From: Raja brachyura
Lineage: Eukaryota
NCBI GenBank assembly: GCA_963514005.1
Contig: OY740808.1
Location: 11,904,001-11,968,000 of the forward strand
DNA length: 64,000 nucleotides
Reading direction: 5' to 3'
Part shown: piece after piece, positions 49,540 through 63,600 of the stretch
How the letters are laid out: each line of letters begins with the position of its first letter
Position numbering within the stretch: position 1 is the first letter of the stretch
Position numbers and translations under genes: made by a program
Notes under the pieces: generated by a model
The model's input: only the letters and a program-made list of their open reading frames with translations
The model's database searches: none
Told to the model about the DNA's origin: nothing

Positions 49540-52500
49540 TTCAAAAATATGATGTCTTGAATTGATACATTTGGAAATAAAATTCACGCTCAGAGATTAC
49601 ATGTCTGTTTTCTTTTATAGATTTTCTCAGTCACAGCAATTGCACAATGTAGTTTAATAAGGAGGGGAGAGAAATAATGTCCCATTTATTGCCCTGCATT
49701 GGTCGACTATTTTGTACAAAAACAATGATATCCTAACTATGCATTAATACATTAGTAAAAATGATGAGCAAAAGTTTTAAATTCAGCTAATTAACTTTAC
49801 AACAGTTAGGATGGAAACGGTGCAGTACACGAACAGTTTATTCGCCATGTTTATGTCTCCAGGGCAATCACTCCACCGATGGGCGCCAAATTAAATGAAT
49901 CCAAGTTTGTCTTTTTTAAGTAATTCCAGGTGGGCTAAGGCGGGAAAGAACAATGAATGGCTATGAAAGGAACTACAGATGCTGGTTTACACTGAAAATT
50001 AACACGAAATGCTGGAGTAACTAACTCAGCGGGACAGGCAGCATCTGTGGATAGATAGACTGCCCTTCAGTGTGTAGAAGGGTCACCAATTCAGTCGCTC
50101 CTGAGATTCTGCCTGTCCCGCTGAGTTACACCAACATTTGTATCTATCAACTTGTATCAACATTTGTAAACCAGTATCTGTAGTTCCTTGCTACGTACGT
50201 CCGTGAACCGTGGTCCATTTTTTGTCAATGATCTGGTCTCACATTTAAAAGCATATCAGTGACTGTCTCCGTTACTACATACAAGATTTACATAGGATTT
50301 TCTCTTTTCCGATTTTAAACAATGCACATTTTTAACATTCTAAACGGGTGTCAATGATAGTTATACGCGAGGAAGTGCTAATGCAACGCGTCAACTGTAA
50401 GTTTATGGAAGCGTTACTTCGCAACCACCCAATTATGTGCAGAGTCACCTTCTCTGATTATATTTTCACAAAAGTGACAATGTTGCCACTGCCTTAGTCC
50501 AGTACTCCAGTTGGGTACTCCAGTACCTTCATTCAAACTGGAATATACAACTCACCGGAAAATTGAAACCGATCAAGTAAAATGGGAAAGATTGCATTTG
50601 TTTGTAGAGGGCCAGTGCAAGAACAACCGGAGAGGGCTAGGTAAATAAAGCAGAATAAAAATGCTGGAGGAACTCGGGTGGTCAGAGGATCTGCTGGCAA
50701 AGTGACAGGCAACGTTTGGGGTCGAGTGCGTGCATCCGGTTTGTTTGTGGAGGGGAGGTAGCCAATATAAAAAACTAAGAGTGGGGGGTGAGGCAGGGGC
50801 TGCCTGGTGAAAAGTGGAATTAGTTAAGAAGGAGCGGAAGGTGCCATGTTAAAGAGGGAGAATGATAGGTTTGGGAGCAAGCTGCTGGTGGGTGGGTGAT
50901 GGAGACTGATATGGGGAGAGAAGCAAACATGAGAAAATAGGCCGGGGAGGGTGGATTTAGACACAGAAGGTGGAAGATGATATGTAGAGACACGGGAGGC
51001 TGCATTTACGGAAACTGATAGTGGGGAAGGTGAGGGTTGGGCACATGGAACGAGGTAGAGAAGGAGTAGGAGGAGAGTTGTGTAGATCTGTTTAAAATTT
51101 CACGCTTCTAATCAATTAAGGAAATACACAGCCATGTATCTAACTTGGATAGATCCTAAAAGCAGTATTATCTCAGCGGGACAGGCAACATCTCTGAAAG
51201 ATGCTCTGTGCCCCTAAGTTACTCCAGCTTTTTGTGTCTATCTTCGGTTTAAATCAGCATCTGCAGTTCCTCCCCACAGATTGTATCTCACTGGAATGGT
51301 GCACATTCAAAAGGAAGGGATAAATGAGATGATTTTGACTGGAAATGAGATTAATAACAGGATTCCGCATTGCGATATGACACATTATGACGATACGAAA
51401 TCGATTCAACAATGGGTGAGATGGTGCTCCTCAAATCAAATTGAATGAACTGTGGGCTAGCAGTTAGTCGGAAGCAGGGGGGCCGGATGCAATAATCCAG
51501 GGTTTGCTCATTAGCTGGTTAAGCGGAGTTCCTTTCCAGTCAGAAAAGGGAGAGGCGCAGATCGTAAAACGTTACGAGGGGTTGTAAGCTGAGTGAAAAC
51601 AAGAAACAAACGTATTAAGTGAGTGAGCTGAATAATAGCATGTGGATTTAACAGTGAAGAATTAAGACATCGTCTGTGGTCCCAGGATTCCCGAGTCGGA
51701 CCCCTTGTATGCCACCCGCATTCCCCATGTGTCCCTGATAGAACATTGAAATTCTTCCTTTGCTTCAGCACAACAGAACATAATAGGCATGACTAAAGAA
51801 CAGATCAGTGCGTCCAAAGATCAAACATCAGATAATTGAAATAAATAAAATGTAGTTAGTCTTCAGTTTTAGCCCCAGAATCTTATTTCAAATGAACGAG
51901 CCAATAGATCCTGCAGGAGATTCAAGAGTAATCTAAAGGAATCTCAGTCAGCTCTCACTCCACCGATAGGAATACCCTGGTGTGGACTGCGATGGCGCTG
52001 CAGGTAGACCAATTGGCTCGGACCTCCAGCGAGCTGGGTTGAACCCTGAGCTCCGATGCAGTCTTTGCGCTATTTTCTCCTTCTCCCAGTGAGGTACCCA
52101 CTCCCCCCCCCCCCCCCTCCACCCCAGATACCCCAATGAGTTCTAATTTCTCATCACACCCCAGGGTCGTGCAGGTTGTTCGGCTAATTGGGCACTGTCA
52201 ATTTCAGTTAATGTAGGGGCTTAAATTGGCATTGTGAGCGAATAGGTTACGAGGAAATAAGGTGGAGAACGGGATGGATTAGACTTTTCTCGAGCCTGCG
52301 AACACTCCCATCCATGTCGTTGTCAAAACAGGATCACAGCATAAAAATATCAAGCAGTCATCCGGATGTCCATACATGGGACATCCCGTTAATGTGGAAG
52401 TATTGACATTTATTTTCAATAATTTTGAGAGCTTTTGTTATTTAAGTGGAAAATGCGCTTACTCCTGGCCTACTCATGCACCTATTGTCTATTGTCTATT

Positions 52501-52909
52501 GTGGGTGACAACAAAGAAAGAGGAACTCATTATCCTCGGTAGACATAAATGCTGGAGTAACTCAGCGAGACAGGCAACATTTCTGGACAGAAGGAATGGG
52601 TGATGTTTTGGGTCAAGACCCTTCTTCAGACCCATATTCTCGGTCCTTCGTCTGGGGTATTGCAGTCAGCTTCATGTAAAATAACTCCAAAGTGATACTT
52701 TGGCCACGAATGACAGTAAACGCACATTGATTGAATAGAATGATACCAAACCTTACGAAATTAATCTACTTCAATTATCTAAGAGAAAAGAATTCTGTAG
52801 GTTTGGTAGTGAAAAACCTAGAAATGCATTTTACAGCAATGTCATGATTAGAGGTGTTAGAACGTGAAAATGAATCCCATCAAGATCTATCGAATTTGGT
52901 CATGCAATA

Positions 52910-55200
52910 AGGAATAAGAACCCAATTAGGTCATTCGGCCCATCTAGTCTACTCGACCATTCGATCGTGGCTGATCTATCACTCTCCCCTAACCGCATTC
53001 TACTGCCTTCTCCCCATAAACTCTGACACCTATGAATTTGTGCATATATTTGGTATCGAAACATATACCAATGCATGGGTATCAAAGAAATTAACATGCG
53101 TCAACGTGGATCACATTCCCTTCGGGGTGTCCAAAGCTGTTTCCAGCTAATTCTAAATTTTGGGAATGTAGTCACAAGTGAGGAAACACAGTCGTCAACT
53201 ACCATGCTGCACTCCCTCAATAGCAAGAATGTCCTTCCTCACATTTGGAGACCAAAACTGCGCACAATACTCCAGGTGTGGTCTCACCAGGGCCCCGAAC
53301 AACTGCAGAAGAACCTCTTTGTTCCTATACTCAACTCCTCTTGTTATGAAGGCCAACATGTCATTCGCATTCCTCACTGCCTGCTGTACCTGCATGCTTA
53401 CTTTCATTGATTGATGAACAAGGACCCCCAGATCCCATTGTACGTCCTCTTTTCCCAACTTGACACCATTTTGATAATAATCTGCCTTCCTGTTTTGCCA
53501 CCAAAGTGGATAACCTCACATTTATCCACATTAAACTGCATCTGCCATGCATCTGCCCACTCACCCAACCTGCCCAAGTCACCCTGCATCCTCATAGCAT
53601 CCTCCTCACAGTTCACACTGCCACCGAGCCTTGCGGTACCCCACTAGTCACTGCCTAACATTTTGAAAGGGACCCGTTAATCCATACTCTTTGTTTCTTG
53701 CCTGCCAACCAATTTTCCATCCATGTCGGCACCCTTCCCCCAATACCATGTGCTCTAATTTTGCCCACTAATCTCCTATGTGGGACCTTATCAAATGCTT
53801 TCTGATAGTCCAGGTACACCACATCCACTGAATCTCCCTTGTCCATTTTACCAGTTACATCCTCAAAAAATCCCAGAAAATTTCCCCTTCGAAAATCCAT
53901 GCTGACTCGGACCGATCCTGCTACTGCTATACAAATGTGCCGTCATTTCATCTTTTATAATTGAATCCAGCATCTTCCCCACCACCGATGTCAGGCTAAC
54001 TGGTCTATAATTCCCTGTTTTCTCTCTCCCGCCTTTCTTAAAAAGTGGGATAACATTAGCTACCCTCCAAACTGATCCTTTCTATAGAACATTGGAAAAT
54101 TATCACCAGTGCCTCCCTGATTCCTTAAGTACCTTGGGATGGAGACCATCAGGCCCTGGCGATTTATCAGCCTTCAGTCCCATCCACACCATTTCCTGCC
54201 TAACGTGAATTTCCTTCGGTTCCTCCGTCAGCCTAGATCCTCTGGCCACTACTATATCAGGAAGATTGTTTGTGTCTATCTTAGTTGTTTGTGAATGATC
54301 TACTACATGGATTAATAAGGGTTAATCTACATTAGTGAAGACGGATCCAAAGTACCTGTTCAACTCGTCTGCCATTTCCATGTTCCCCACAACAAATTCA
54401 CCCATTTCAGTCTTCAAGGGTCCATCTTTGGTCTTAACTAATGTTTCCCTCTTCACATACCTAAGGAAGCTTTTACTGTCCTCCTTTATATTCCTGGTTA
54501 ACTCACCTTCGTACCTCATATTTTCTCCACATATTGTTTTTTTGGTTACCTTCTGTTGCTCTTTAAAAGTTACCCAATCCTCTGGCTTCCCACTCGTCTT
54601 TGCTATGTTGTACTTTTATTTTATTTTATACTGTCACTGACTTCCCTTGTCAGCCACCATCGCCCCTTACTCCCCTTGGAATCTTTCTTCCTCTTTGGAA
54701 TGCACTATATCCAGGCTATTGTTTGGGGGCCTGTAGATAACAACCATTAAGGTATTTTTACCCTTGTTATTTCTCAGTTCCCTCCATACTGGCTCTACAT
54801 CTCCTGATTCTATGTCACCCCTCGCAAGGGACTGAATTTAACTCGTCACCAATAGAGCTACCCCACTCTCTCTGCCCACCTGTCTGTTTTTTCGATAGGA
54901 CGTATACCATTGAATATTCAGATCCCAGCCCTGATCCTCTGTAATTCCCACATCATACTTGCCAATTTCTGTCTCAAGCTCATCCACTTTATTTCTTATA
55001 CTTCGCGCAATACAACCTTTGACACCGGTGTTCATCTCCCCTCTCACTCCGGTCACTATTGGCCCTGACCTCACTCTCTTACCCTTCTCGAACATACCTT
55101 CCCATTAATTCGGGAGTCTTTTGTAACTTTTCCTGTATTCACTTCCGCTTTAACTCTATCTTTATACTCCCAATTTGTCAATCCCTCCCCCCCACCACTT
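52910..55200 (-). mobile_element. Long degenerate CR1 LINE (endonuclease to RT to 3' end)
   Basis: ARSIRNKVDELE...YDVGITE (APE), [26 protein letters not shown] and VRPHLEYCAQFWSP, with deletions and frameshifts. Confidence 0.85.
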
Positions 55201-56419
55201 CCCGCTAACTAGTTAGAACGCAACAAAAGCTTTTCATTGTACCTCGGTACACGTGACAATAAACAAAACTCGAACTCCAAGTAAAGGTTGCTATTGAATC
55301 AGCCATGGTGCTTTTGAATGACGGAGACATTTTCAGGTGCTAAGCATCCCAAATTTGTTACAAATTGTATCTTCTGAAGCATATCAGCGATTCATGGGGG
55401 TTGTGATCATCTGATACCTTCATGCCTACCGTCGTCCCAAGCAAAGATGATCTTTTCCTCAAGTAGCTTTTCAGTCGAGATTTGTTGCAAGTCATTTCTA
55501 ATTCAAACCCGCAAACAATGGAACATAATGTCGGGAGTAACACACATTTTCTCATGTTATTAATTCGCGTGTGCCTGATCGAGATGTGCTTGCACCGGTA
55601 GGTGGTGATGTTGTATCACTTAAACCTCCTTCTAGAAGATTATCGATAGAAAGCTAAATTTGTCTTCGGAAGCCGCGCCCGGAATAAGTCTTTACACAGC
55701 CCAGTGTTCAATATACCGAATTTAAACAAGCCAATGGCACACAATATTTTACAGAACAGTCGCTAAAGGGATATATCCGAAGACCTTATCGGTAATTTCT
55801 CAATTTTCAAACATATTGTTTCCATGCACCCGTTTTTTCGTGGTCCTCTGAATTAAGTATCCAGTAATGCATTGGGCAACTACAGTTAGGAAAGCTTTAT
55901 ATCAGTGGCAGAGAAATTATTGGAAAACATTTTTTAATTCTGAAAATTCTTTTGTTCATTTAGAACGCCAGAGTTTCATTTGGGAAATTCGACCTGGATT
56001 TATGCGGAGGAACCCCTTCCTCACTAATTTAAATGAATTTGTTTGCGGAAGTAACAAAGGAGTTTGATTAAGGCAGGGTTGTAGGCGTTATACGTATTGT
56101 AGATAGGTATTTTTAAATGTGCCAGATATGAATAATAACTATGTTGATAAGTAAGCATGGTTGCCTTGGGCTACAGCATTACATTGTTGAAGTGCGTTGG
56201 TGGACAAGTGCGCGGTGATATATTCTGATGTATTCTGGGAAATCAAATAGACCGCATGCAGTAAATGGCAGGGCGCAAATAATGTCTAAGAACAGCGAAG
56301 AATAGGAACCTTTGTCTATAGGTCCCTGAAAAAATTGGCTCCGACAAATCGTGTTGATTGGGGGTCGTGGAGAGGATGGGTAGGTGGTCATTGCAAGCAC
56401 AAATGGATGCTTACCATCA

Positions 56420-57345
56420 GAGGAATAGAATTAGATTTAGGCCATTCAGCAATTCATCTACTCCGCCATTCAATCATGGCTTATCTATCTCTCCCTCCTA
56501 ACCCCATTCTCCTGCCTTTGCCCAATAACCTGTGACATCTGCACTAATCAAGAATCTATCTATTTCTGCCTTAAAAATATCCACTGACGGGCTCCACAGC
56601 CTTCCGTGGCAAAGATTTCCACAGATTCACCACCCACTTACTAAATAAATTTCTCCTCATCTCCTTCCCCCCAAAAATCCCCTTCAATTCTGTGGTGATG
56701 ACCTCTAGTCCTAGACTCTCCCACTAGTGGAAACAGTCTCTCCATAAACCACTCTGTCCAAGCCTTTCACTATTCTGTATGTTTCAATGAAGACCCCCTC
56801 ATTCTTCTAAACTCCAGCGAGTGCAGGCCCAGTGTCAGCAAACGCTCACCATAGTTAACCTACTCATTTCTGGGATCATTCTTATAAACCTCCTCTGGAC
56901 CCTCTCCAGAGCCAGCATATTCTTCCTCAGATACGGTGCCCACAATTACTCAAAATATTCCAAATGCGACCTTACCAGTGCCTCAGCATTACATCCCTAT
57001 TTTTGTATACAAGCCCTCTTGAAATAAATGCTAACAACAGATTCCCTGCTTTCTCTACACTATCTACACTCCACCTATTTTCTATCATATGCATACTTTC
57101 CCACAGAGCCTTCAATCCTCATGTCCAAATAATTAATATACAACGTGAAGAGTTGCGGCTCCAGCACCAACCCTTGTGGAACTCCACGAGTCACTGGCAG
57201 CCAACCAGAAAAAGGCGCATTTATTCCCACTCTTTGTCTTCAGCCATCCTGGCAACCTGCTATCCATGCTAGCATGTCCCTATTGATACCCTGGGCTCTC
57301 ATCTCCCTAAGCAGCCGAACATGTGGCACCTTATCAAATATTTAA
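56420..57345 (-). mobile_element. CR1 LINE fragment
   Basis: CR1 3' UTR/ORF2 sequence and a GVPQGLVLEP-like RT segment on the minus strand. Confidence 0.75.
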
Positions 57346-58967
57346 CATTTAAAATGGACAGTTTACTTGGTCACATTATCTGGTCAATAACGCTTGCCAT
57401 TCTGATCGGACAATACTGATGGTCTCGGCTGCTTCTGTGCCTTCCTTTATCCCATTAAACCTCACTTCCTCTCCTTTTCATCGCTAGCCTTTTCTAAATT
57501 TTAACCACATCCACCTAAGCCTGCTGGGCTCCCAGTTGCTAAAAATTCATACTCTATCTCCCATCCCTCACCGATGTTTCTGGCTTAGGCCTATTGTATT
57601 TCCAGATAGACACAAAAAGCTAGAGTAACTTAGCAGGTCAGACATCATCTCTGAGGAAAAGGGGTGTCAGGCCAAGATCTTTCTTCTCACCCCCCCCCCC
57701 CACCCTCCACTCATTCCTGAATCCGATGTGATTCCGTGTTACTGTATGTCACTCTCTTGCATCATGATCCTTCTGGCAGGAAGCGGGCAGCTGGACAGTG
57801 ATTTTTCATTATCTTTGGCCTTGTTCAGGTACAGATCAGATTTAAGTTGTAGATCATGTTTTAAATTTTAAATGACAATCCAATTCATTAAGATATTTTG
57901 TATTCATCAGGAGTGGATAACGGGAGGAACATACAATAGGCGCAACTGCAACTAATTCAGAGACATTTCTAATTTAACTTATGAGTGTGTTATCTTCCAC
58001 TGGGCTAGTGGGAAGAAATGTTGTTCCACTTAAACGCCATAATGGACTGTTAGAGACAAGGGAAAATGTCATTTCAAAATCATCAAAGGATGAAAAAGGC
58101 CTTCAGATTTGTCAGCATCTGTGGAACACAGCTAATGTTTTGGTTTTGTCAAAAACCTTCAGGAGAATTCAGCTTCGGAACAGGAACGGCGCATGGACAT
58201 TGTTACCATCATTGAACAATTCCTTAGCAACATTGGCCCGGATGTTCCGGAGTGAATACAGTTGCTCTAGTCACTATTTGCTTTTCTAGTTTTACCTGTT
58301 TACTTTACCTTCCCCAAGTCTGGAAGTTTCAGGTGATCTGTAACCGAAGCAGGAAGGCAGGTTAACATAAACATAAGTGGATAGGCCAGAAAAAAATCAC
58401 ACCAACCATGACTCAGGAAACAACCTGTCATCAGCTTTGCCTTCTATTATCATTTTTGATTATTTTGAGCTGTTATATAAACAATTCAAAGGATTAAAAA
58501 TAATTACATATGGCAGTAAAATAACCCAAAGAGCCACTAAAAGAAAATTTAATCATACTCGAACATTTAAAAAGAGAAGTGGCCTTGTTCCTAACTTTCT
58601 TCCATTGTGCCCTATAAATCGCACTTGATATATGGACTTGCTGATCATTGCAACAATTAAGTTTAGTTTAGTTTAATTTAGTGACGCAGTGCAGAACAGT
58701 TCCTCCTGCCCGCCACAGCCTTCTGTGGTAATGAATTTCATAGATTCACCACCCGCTGACTAAAGAAATTCCACCTCATCTCCTTTTATTCTGAAGCTAG
58801 CTCTCTGGCTATATATGCTCCAGCTAGTGGAAACATCCTCTCTCAATCCATCAACCCAGGCCTTTCACTATTTGGTAAGTTTCAACGAGGTCCCCCTCAT
58901 CCTTCTAAACTCCAATGAGTATAGGCCCAGTGTCGTCAAACGCTCATCTCATGTTAACCCAATCATC

Positions 58968-59282
58968 ACGGGGTCCCGGCTTAAGGATAAGGGGGAAATC
59001 CTTTAGGACCGAGATGAGAAGGACTTTTTTCACACAGAGAGTGGTGGGTCTCTGGAACTCTCTGCCACAGAGAGTAGTTGAGGCCAGTTCATTGGCTATA
59101 TTTAAGAGGGAGTTAGATGTGGCCCTTGTGGCTAAGGGGATCAGAGGGTATGGAGAGAAGGCAGGTACGGGATACTGAGTTGGATGATCAGCCATGATCG
59201 TAGTGAATGGCGGTGCAGGCTCGAAGGGCCAAATAGCCTACTCCTGCACCTAATTTCTATGTTTCTATGTCTATGTTTCTAT
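58968..59282 (+). mobile_element. Young CR1 3' end nested in an older opposite-strand CR1 (58715-59330)
   Basis: [30 protein letters not shown]...GYGEKAGTGY*, with a (TTTCTATG)n tail. Confidence 0.85.
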
Positions 59283-59694
59283 CCCTGGGATCATTCTCAT
59301 AATCCTCCTCTGAACCCTCTCCAACTCCCTGCGAATGAAAAAGATCCCCCCCCCCCCCCATCTCCTCTTATCATTGGCCCAAAGTTGAGGCCTTCTCGTG
59401 CAGGCACATCGACTGGGCATGGGACAAGGGGGAAATTTAGTCATTGCAATTCCAAACAGATTTCAGAATTTTATTTACCTCTCCTTCAGGTTACCATGAT
59501 TGTTTCCCTCCAGGTTAACCATTGCGGTTTACCCGATCTCTCCAATTAAATTACATCCTCCATTCTGATCACTCTCCTGTATGCTCTTCCCAGTGCAATC
59601 ACGCAAAGCTGACTATCTACAACGATGCTGCTTATTCGAACCTAGTCTTCTTCTTCTTGCATATAACGTGCACAGCCTTAAGTTGTAGGTCATG

Positions 59695-59905
59695 GGAGAT
59701 AGAGAGAGATATAAATAGAGAGATAGAGAGAAATACAGAGATAGAGAGAGATAGAGAGGGAGCGAGATAAAGAAAGAGAAATAGAGATAGAGGGAGATTT
59801 AGAGAGATATCGATAGAGGTAGAGATAGAGAGTGGTATAGAGATAGAGATAGAGATAGAGATAGAGAGATAGATAAAGAGAGTTATATAGAGAGAGATAT
59901 AGAGA
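59695..59905. repeat. (AG)/(AGAT)n microsatellite
   Basis: Direct inspection. Confidence 0.9.
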
Positions 59906-60699
59906 TTGTGCACGTCGGGTTGATTGCATTGGTTGCACCAGGGTGGACCACGTGAAGGTTGCAATCTCCCACCCCATTTGAGCCTAGTTTAGACATACGA
60001 CCACATTAATTTGGCTTCCATCTTCTTCCATCTCTGTAGTACTGTTTAAAGTTACAATGCCTAGACATATCTAATCTGGAATATTCATACATCTCTTTAT
60101 TCAGTTTAAGTTATCCGAGTGCGCGATCTTCTATGTAGTTCAGTTAATTCGTAAGATATCTGTACTATTACTATATCAGACCAAGTCGAGTGTAAATTGG
60201 GGCGCGATATTGCACTAATTAAAATTTTAAAGTAGTAATGGAATGCATTATCTCATTATAATAAATTCAAAGCATCATTTTATTAAATATGGACGCCAAA
60301 TTCGCATTAAAAAGCCGTAGTAATCAGGATGGATTTTCGGCAATAGTAATCGAACGTCTCGATATGGAATATCCACAATCTGAACGACCTGGGAAATATG
60401 TATTGATTTTGGATGTCAACATCTCAGCAGGTTTTATTGCATAATACATAAACAAGATGGAAACAACAAGATGCCCCATCTACGCTGGTCCCACATGCCC
60501 CTATGTGGTCCATATCCCGATAAACCTTTTCTGCCCGTGTCCTTGAAATGTTGTTATAGTACCGGCTTCAATTACCTCCTCTGGCAGCTTATTCCATACA
60601 TGCACCGCCCACTGTGTGAAAACGCCCCCCCCCCCCCCCACCCCCCCCCCCCCCGAGGTTTATTTCCCCCGTCACCTTAAACCAATGTCCTATGATTCT

Positions 60700-63600
60700 T
60701 GAGCCCTCTCTGGCTACAATACTCTGTGCATGAATCCTATCTATCCCCACATAAATGTATACAAAGGGTGGCATGCGTGTCAGACGCGGAATAGACATCA
60801 CTCGAATCAAGCTCCGTAATTCGGATTCGATGTGGGAGCTTGGAGGTTAGAAGCCTGATAACTGTCCAACTGTCCATGATAACGTTGCTCTCGTGTATGG
60901 CGGGTTCCCAAATGTTCTGAAATGTAGCTGATGTTAAATGGTTTTTTTGCTATTAGATGGAAATGTTATACCATTTGCACATTTTGTTGGATCGTGAGCG
61001 ACCTGAGGGAAATTATTTCTCGAAACCCTGCAGCATGATAAAGAAAAGTCATTGTGTGCCGCTGCCAAAAAACATGTTTATTTTAAATAATTGCCCTGGA
61101 TTATCCTGAATGCAGGTTGATACTGATATTTAAGGTAGTGGTGTGAAGGGGGGGGGGGGGGGGGGGGGGCTTGCGAGTGGCGGCAGACTTGCTGGGGGAG
61201 GTTAAAATAGTCATAAAAAGTTACAACGCCGAACCACCACCACATCTGCGTTAATCTTCATCCACCTATTTAGACTGAAGTACATGAATCCGTTTTCTGT
61301 TCGCTCCACATTCTCAATTGAATGAGTACAAAGGAGAATGAACTTCAGCATTTTGTAAAATCAGGATTATATAGAGTCGGGAATTTAAGTAACTTCCGCC
61401 TTCCAAAAGATATGAAATAAGTTGAGAGGGAAACTAGCGCCTCATCCCTGACAGAAATGGATGCCCACCCCCCATCCCCCATCCCCCACCTCCATGATTC
61501 ATTAATATTAAGCAGTAACCTGGCCTCTAGATACAGTATTCTTAAATTTAAAGGAGATGTGCGGGGCAATGTTTATACGCAGAGGGTAGTAAGCGCTTGG
61601 AACGCGCAGCCGTGGGTGGTGGTTGAAGTAGATACATTAGTGGCATTTAAAATGACTTTTGGGTAGGCATATTGACATGCAGGGAATGGAAGGATATCGA
61701 TTATATGCAGGGAGATAATGGTTGGCCATGGCATCTAGTTGGTGAGCAGTGGGGCCTCTTCCTTTGCCTTAATGTTCTTAATAATATGCTCTATCAAGAC
61801 TCCTCAAGATTTTACGTTTCATTCAAATCCCCTCGCGATCTTCTAAATTCTAGCAGGTGCAAACCTAGCCCGTCCAGTCGTCTGTAATAATCTGCCTGTT
61901 TCAGATTATCGTGTAAAAAATGTTCCCTATCCTTCAATTTCCATTCAATCGCCCAGCAAAGAAAAATAGCACTGTGTTAGCTTTCTTGATTACCTGATAC
62001 CTGCATTATATTCTTTGGTGTATTGTGGACATTCCTAATCGTTTGCACAAGATAATTATATCTTGAATAGAAGGGAGACAAGTATTGTTTGGTCATCCCG
62101 GTGCGTGCCGGTAGTGCAAAGGAGATTGAACAGCGCACATTGAAACAGGAAAGTGTTAACTTTATAGAGACTGAAGAGAGTGCTTTTAGTGGAATCTTGA
62201 GGGGAAAATCAAAGTGCTGTAGGAACTCAGTGGGCCAGGCAGCTTCTGAGGAATGAAATTGACAGGTAACAGTTCGGATCAGGACCCCTATTCAAATGGA
62301 TGTTAATGTTATGGATTGCATCAAAAGTGGAAGGAGAATAAATGGGAAGTAAAAAATTGAGTTAAAGAAGGAAATTGATCAAAAGCCAGCTAAAATAACA
62401 CCCTACTTAATTGAGTGTGAAAGAATGATTTCCCGAAGAAACCAAACGCCATGGATCTGAAAAGTCACCTCTACTTATCTGTGATCATAGGTGCCATCTG
62501 ACCTACTAACTGTTTCCAGCCATTTTTGTTCATAGCCGATATACGTCATTTTCATTCATAATTACGTGGTTCTTGCACAATTTAACTGGATAAAATGAAG
62601 GAATCATAATAATTTCCATCTATAAACTTCACTGAACTTGATTGCAAAACCCACCTCCAGATTTGTCATCTATTATAACTGTAAAAAAAGGTCACTACAT
62701 CTGAAGGTAGGCAAAAATCCTGGCAGCATCTATGGAGTGAAGGAAAGGAAAGACTGAAGAAGGTCTGAAGAAGGGTCTCGACCCGAAACGTCGCCGATTT
62801 ATTTCGCTCCATAGATGCTGCCTCTCTCGCTGAGTTTCTCCAGCATTTTTGCCAACCTTCGATTTTCCAGCATCTGCAGTTCCTTCTTAAATATCACTAC
62901 ATCTGAAAATTTCCAATATTTTTAAATAATCGTATGATATTAAAAGAAACACACAATGAAACATTTTAGTCAGTTGGCTTTCCTGTGCCGTGTTTTCTCA
63001 GAGCGGATTCCTCTCTGAATGTAAATTCAGCCAAATGTCCAGCGACGGAGCGCAAAGCTAACAAGGTTGGTGGAATTAGTTCGTGTAGCTTGTACCTTCC
63101 GCATACAATCTAACGCCCGAAAGCGTCACTGAACTGATCACAGCTATATCAACCATTTAGCCAGTGCCTATTCAAGGACAAGATGGTTCCAAGCCATTAA
63201 TGTTATGTCCGCTGTCCGGTGCGTTGAAGACTGATAAAGTACCAATCCAAGTCACGCGTGCCTTTCCAGGCCTCAGAATGACCTCACGGGCCAAACTGGT
63301 TTAAGAAATAGTTAGGCAGGTACTGTGATCGGACAGGTTTGCAGGGATATGGGCCAAGCGCAGGCAAGTGGGACTAGTGTAGCTGGGGCATTGTTGGTCG
63401 CTGTGGGCAAGTTGGGCCGAAGGGCCTGTTTCCACACTGTAGCCCTGAATGACTCTTCATTTAGAGTTTCTAAACTCTGAAATTTCTCGACAATGGTCTC
63501 AGCCGACCCAATCAAGCCCATTTTACTCCAAAGTTTCAGTGTTCTTATATTCTGATTTGTTGTTTTACCCATTCAGAAATACGTTTCACTATATTATCGC

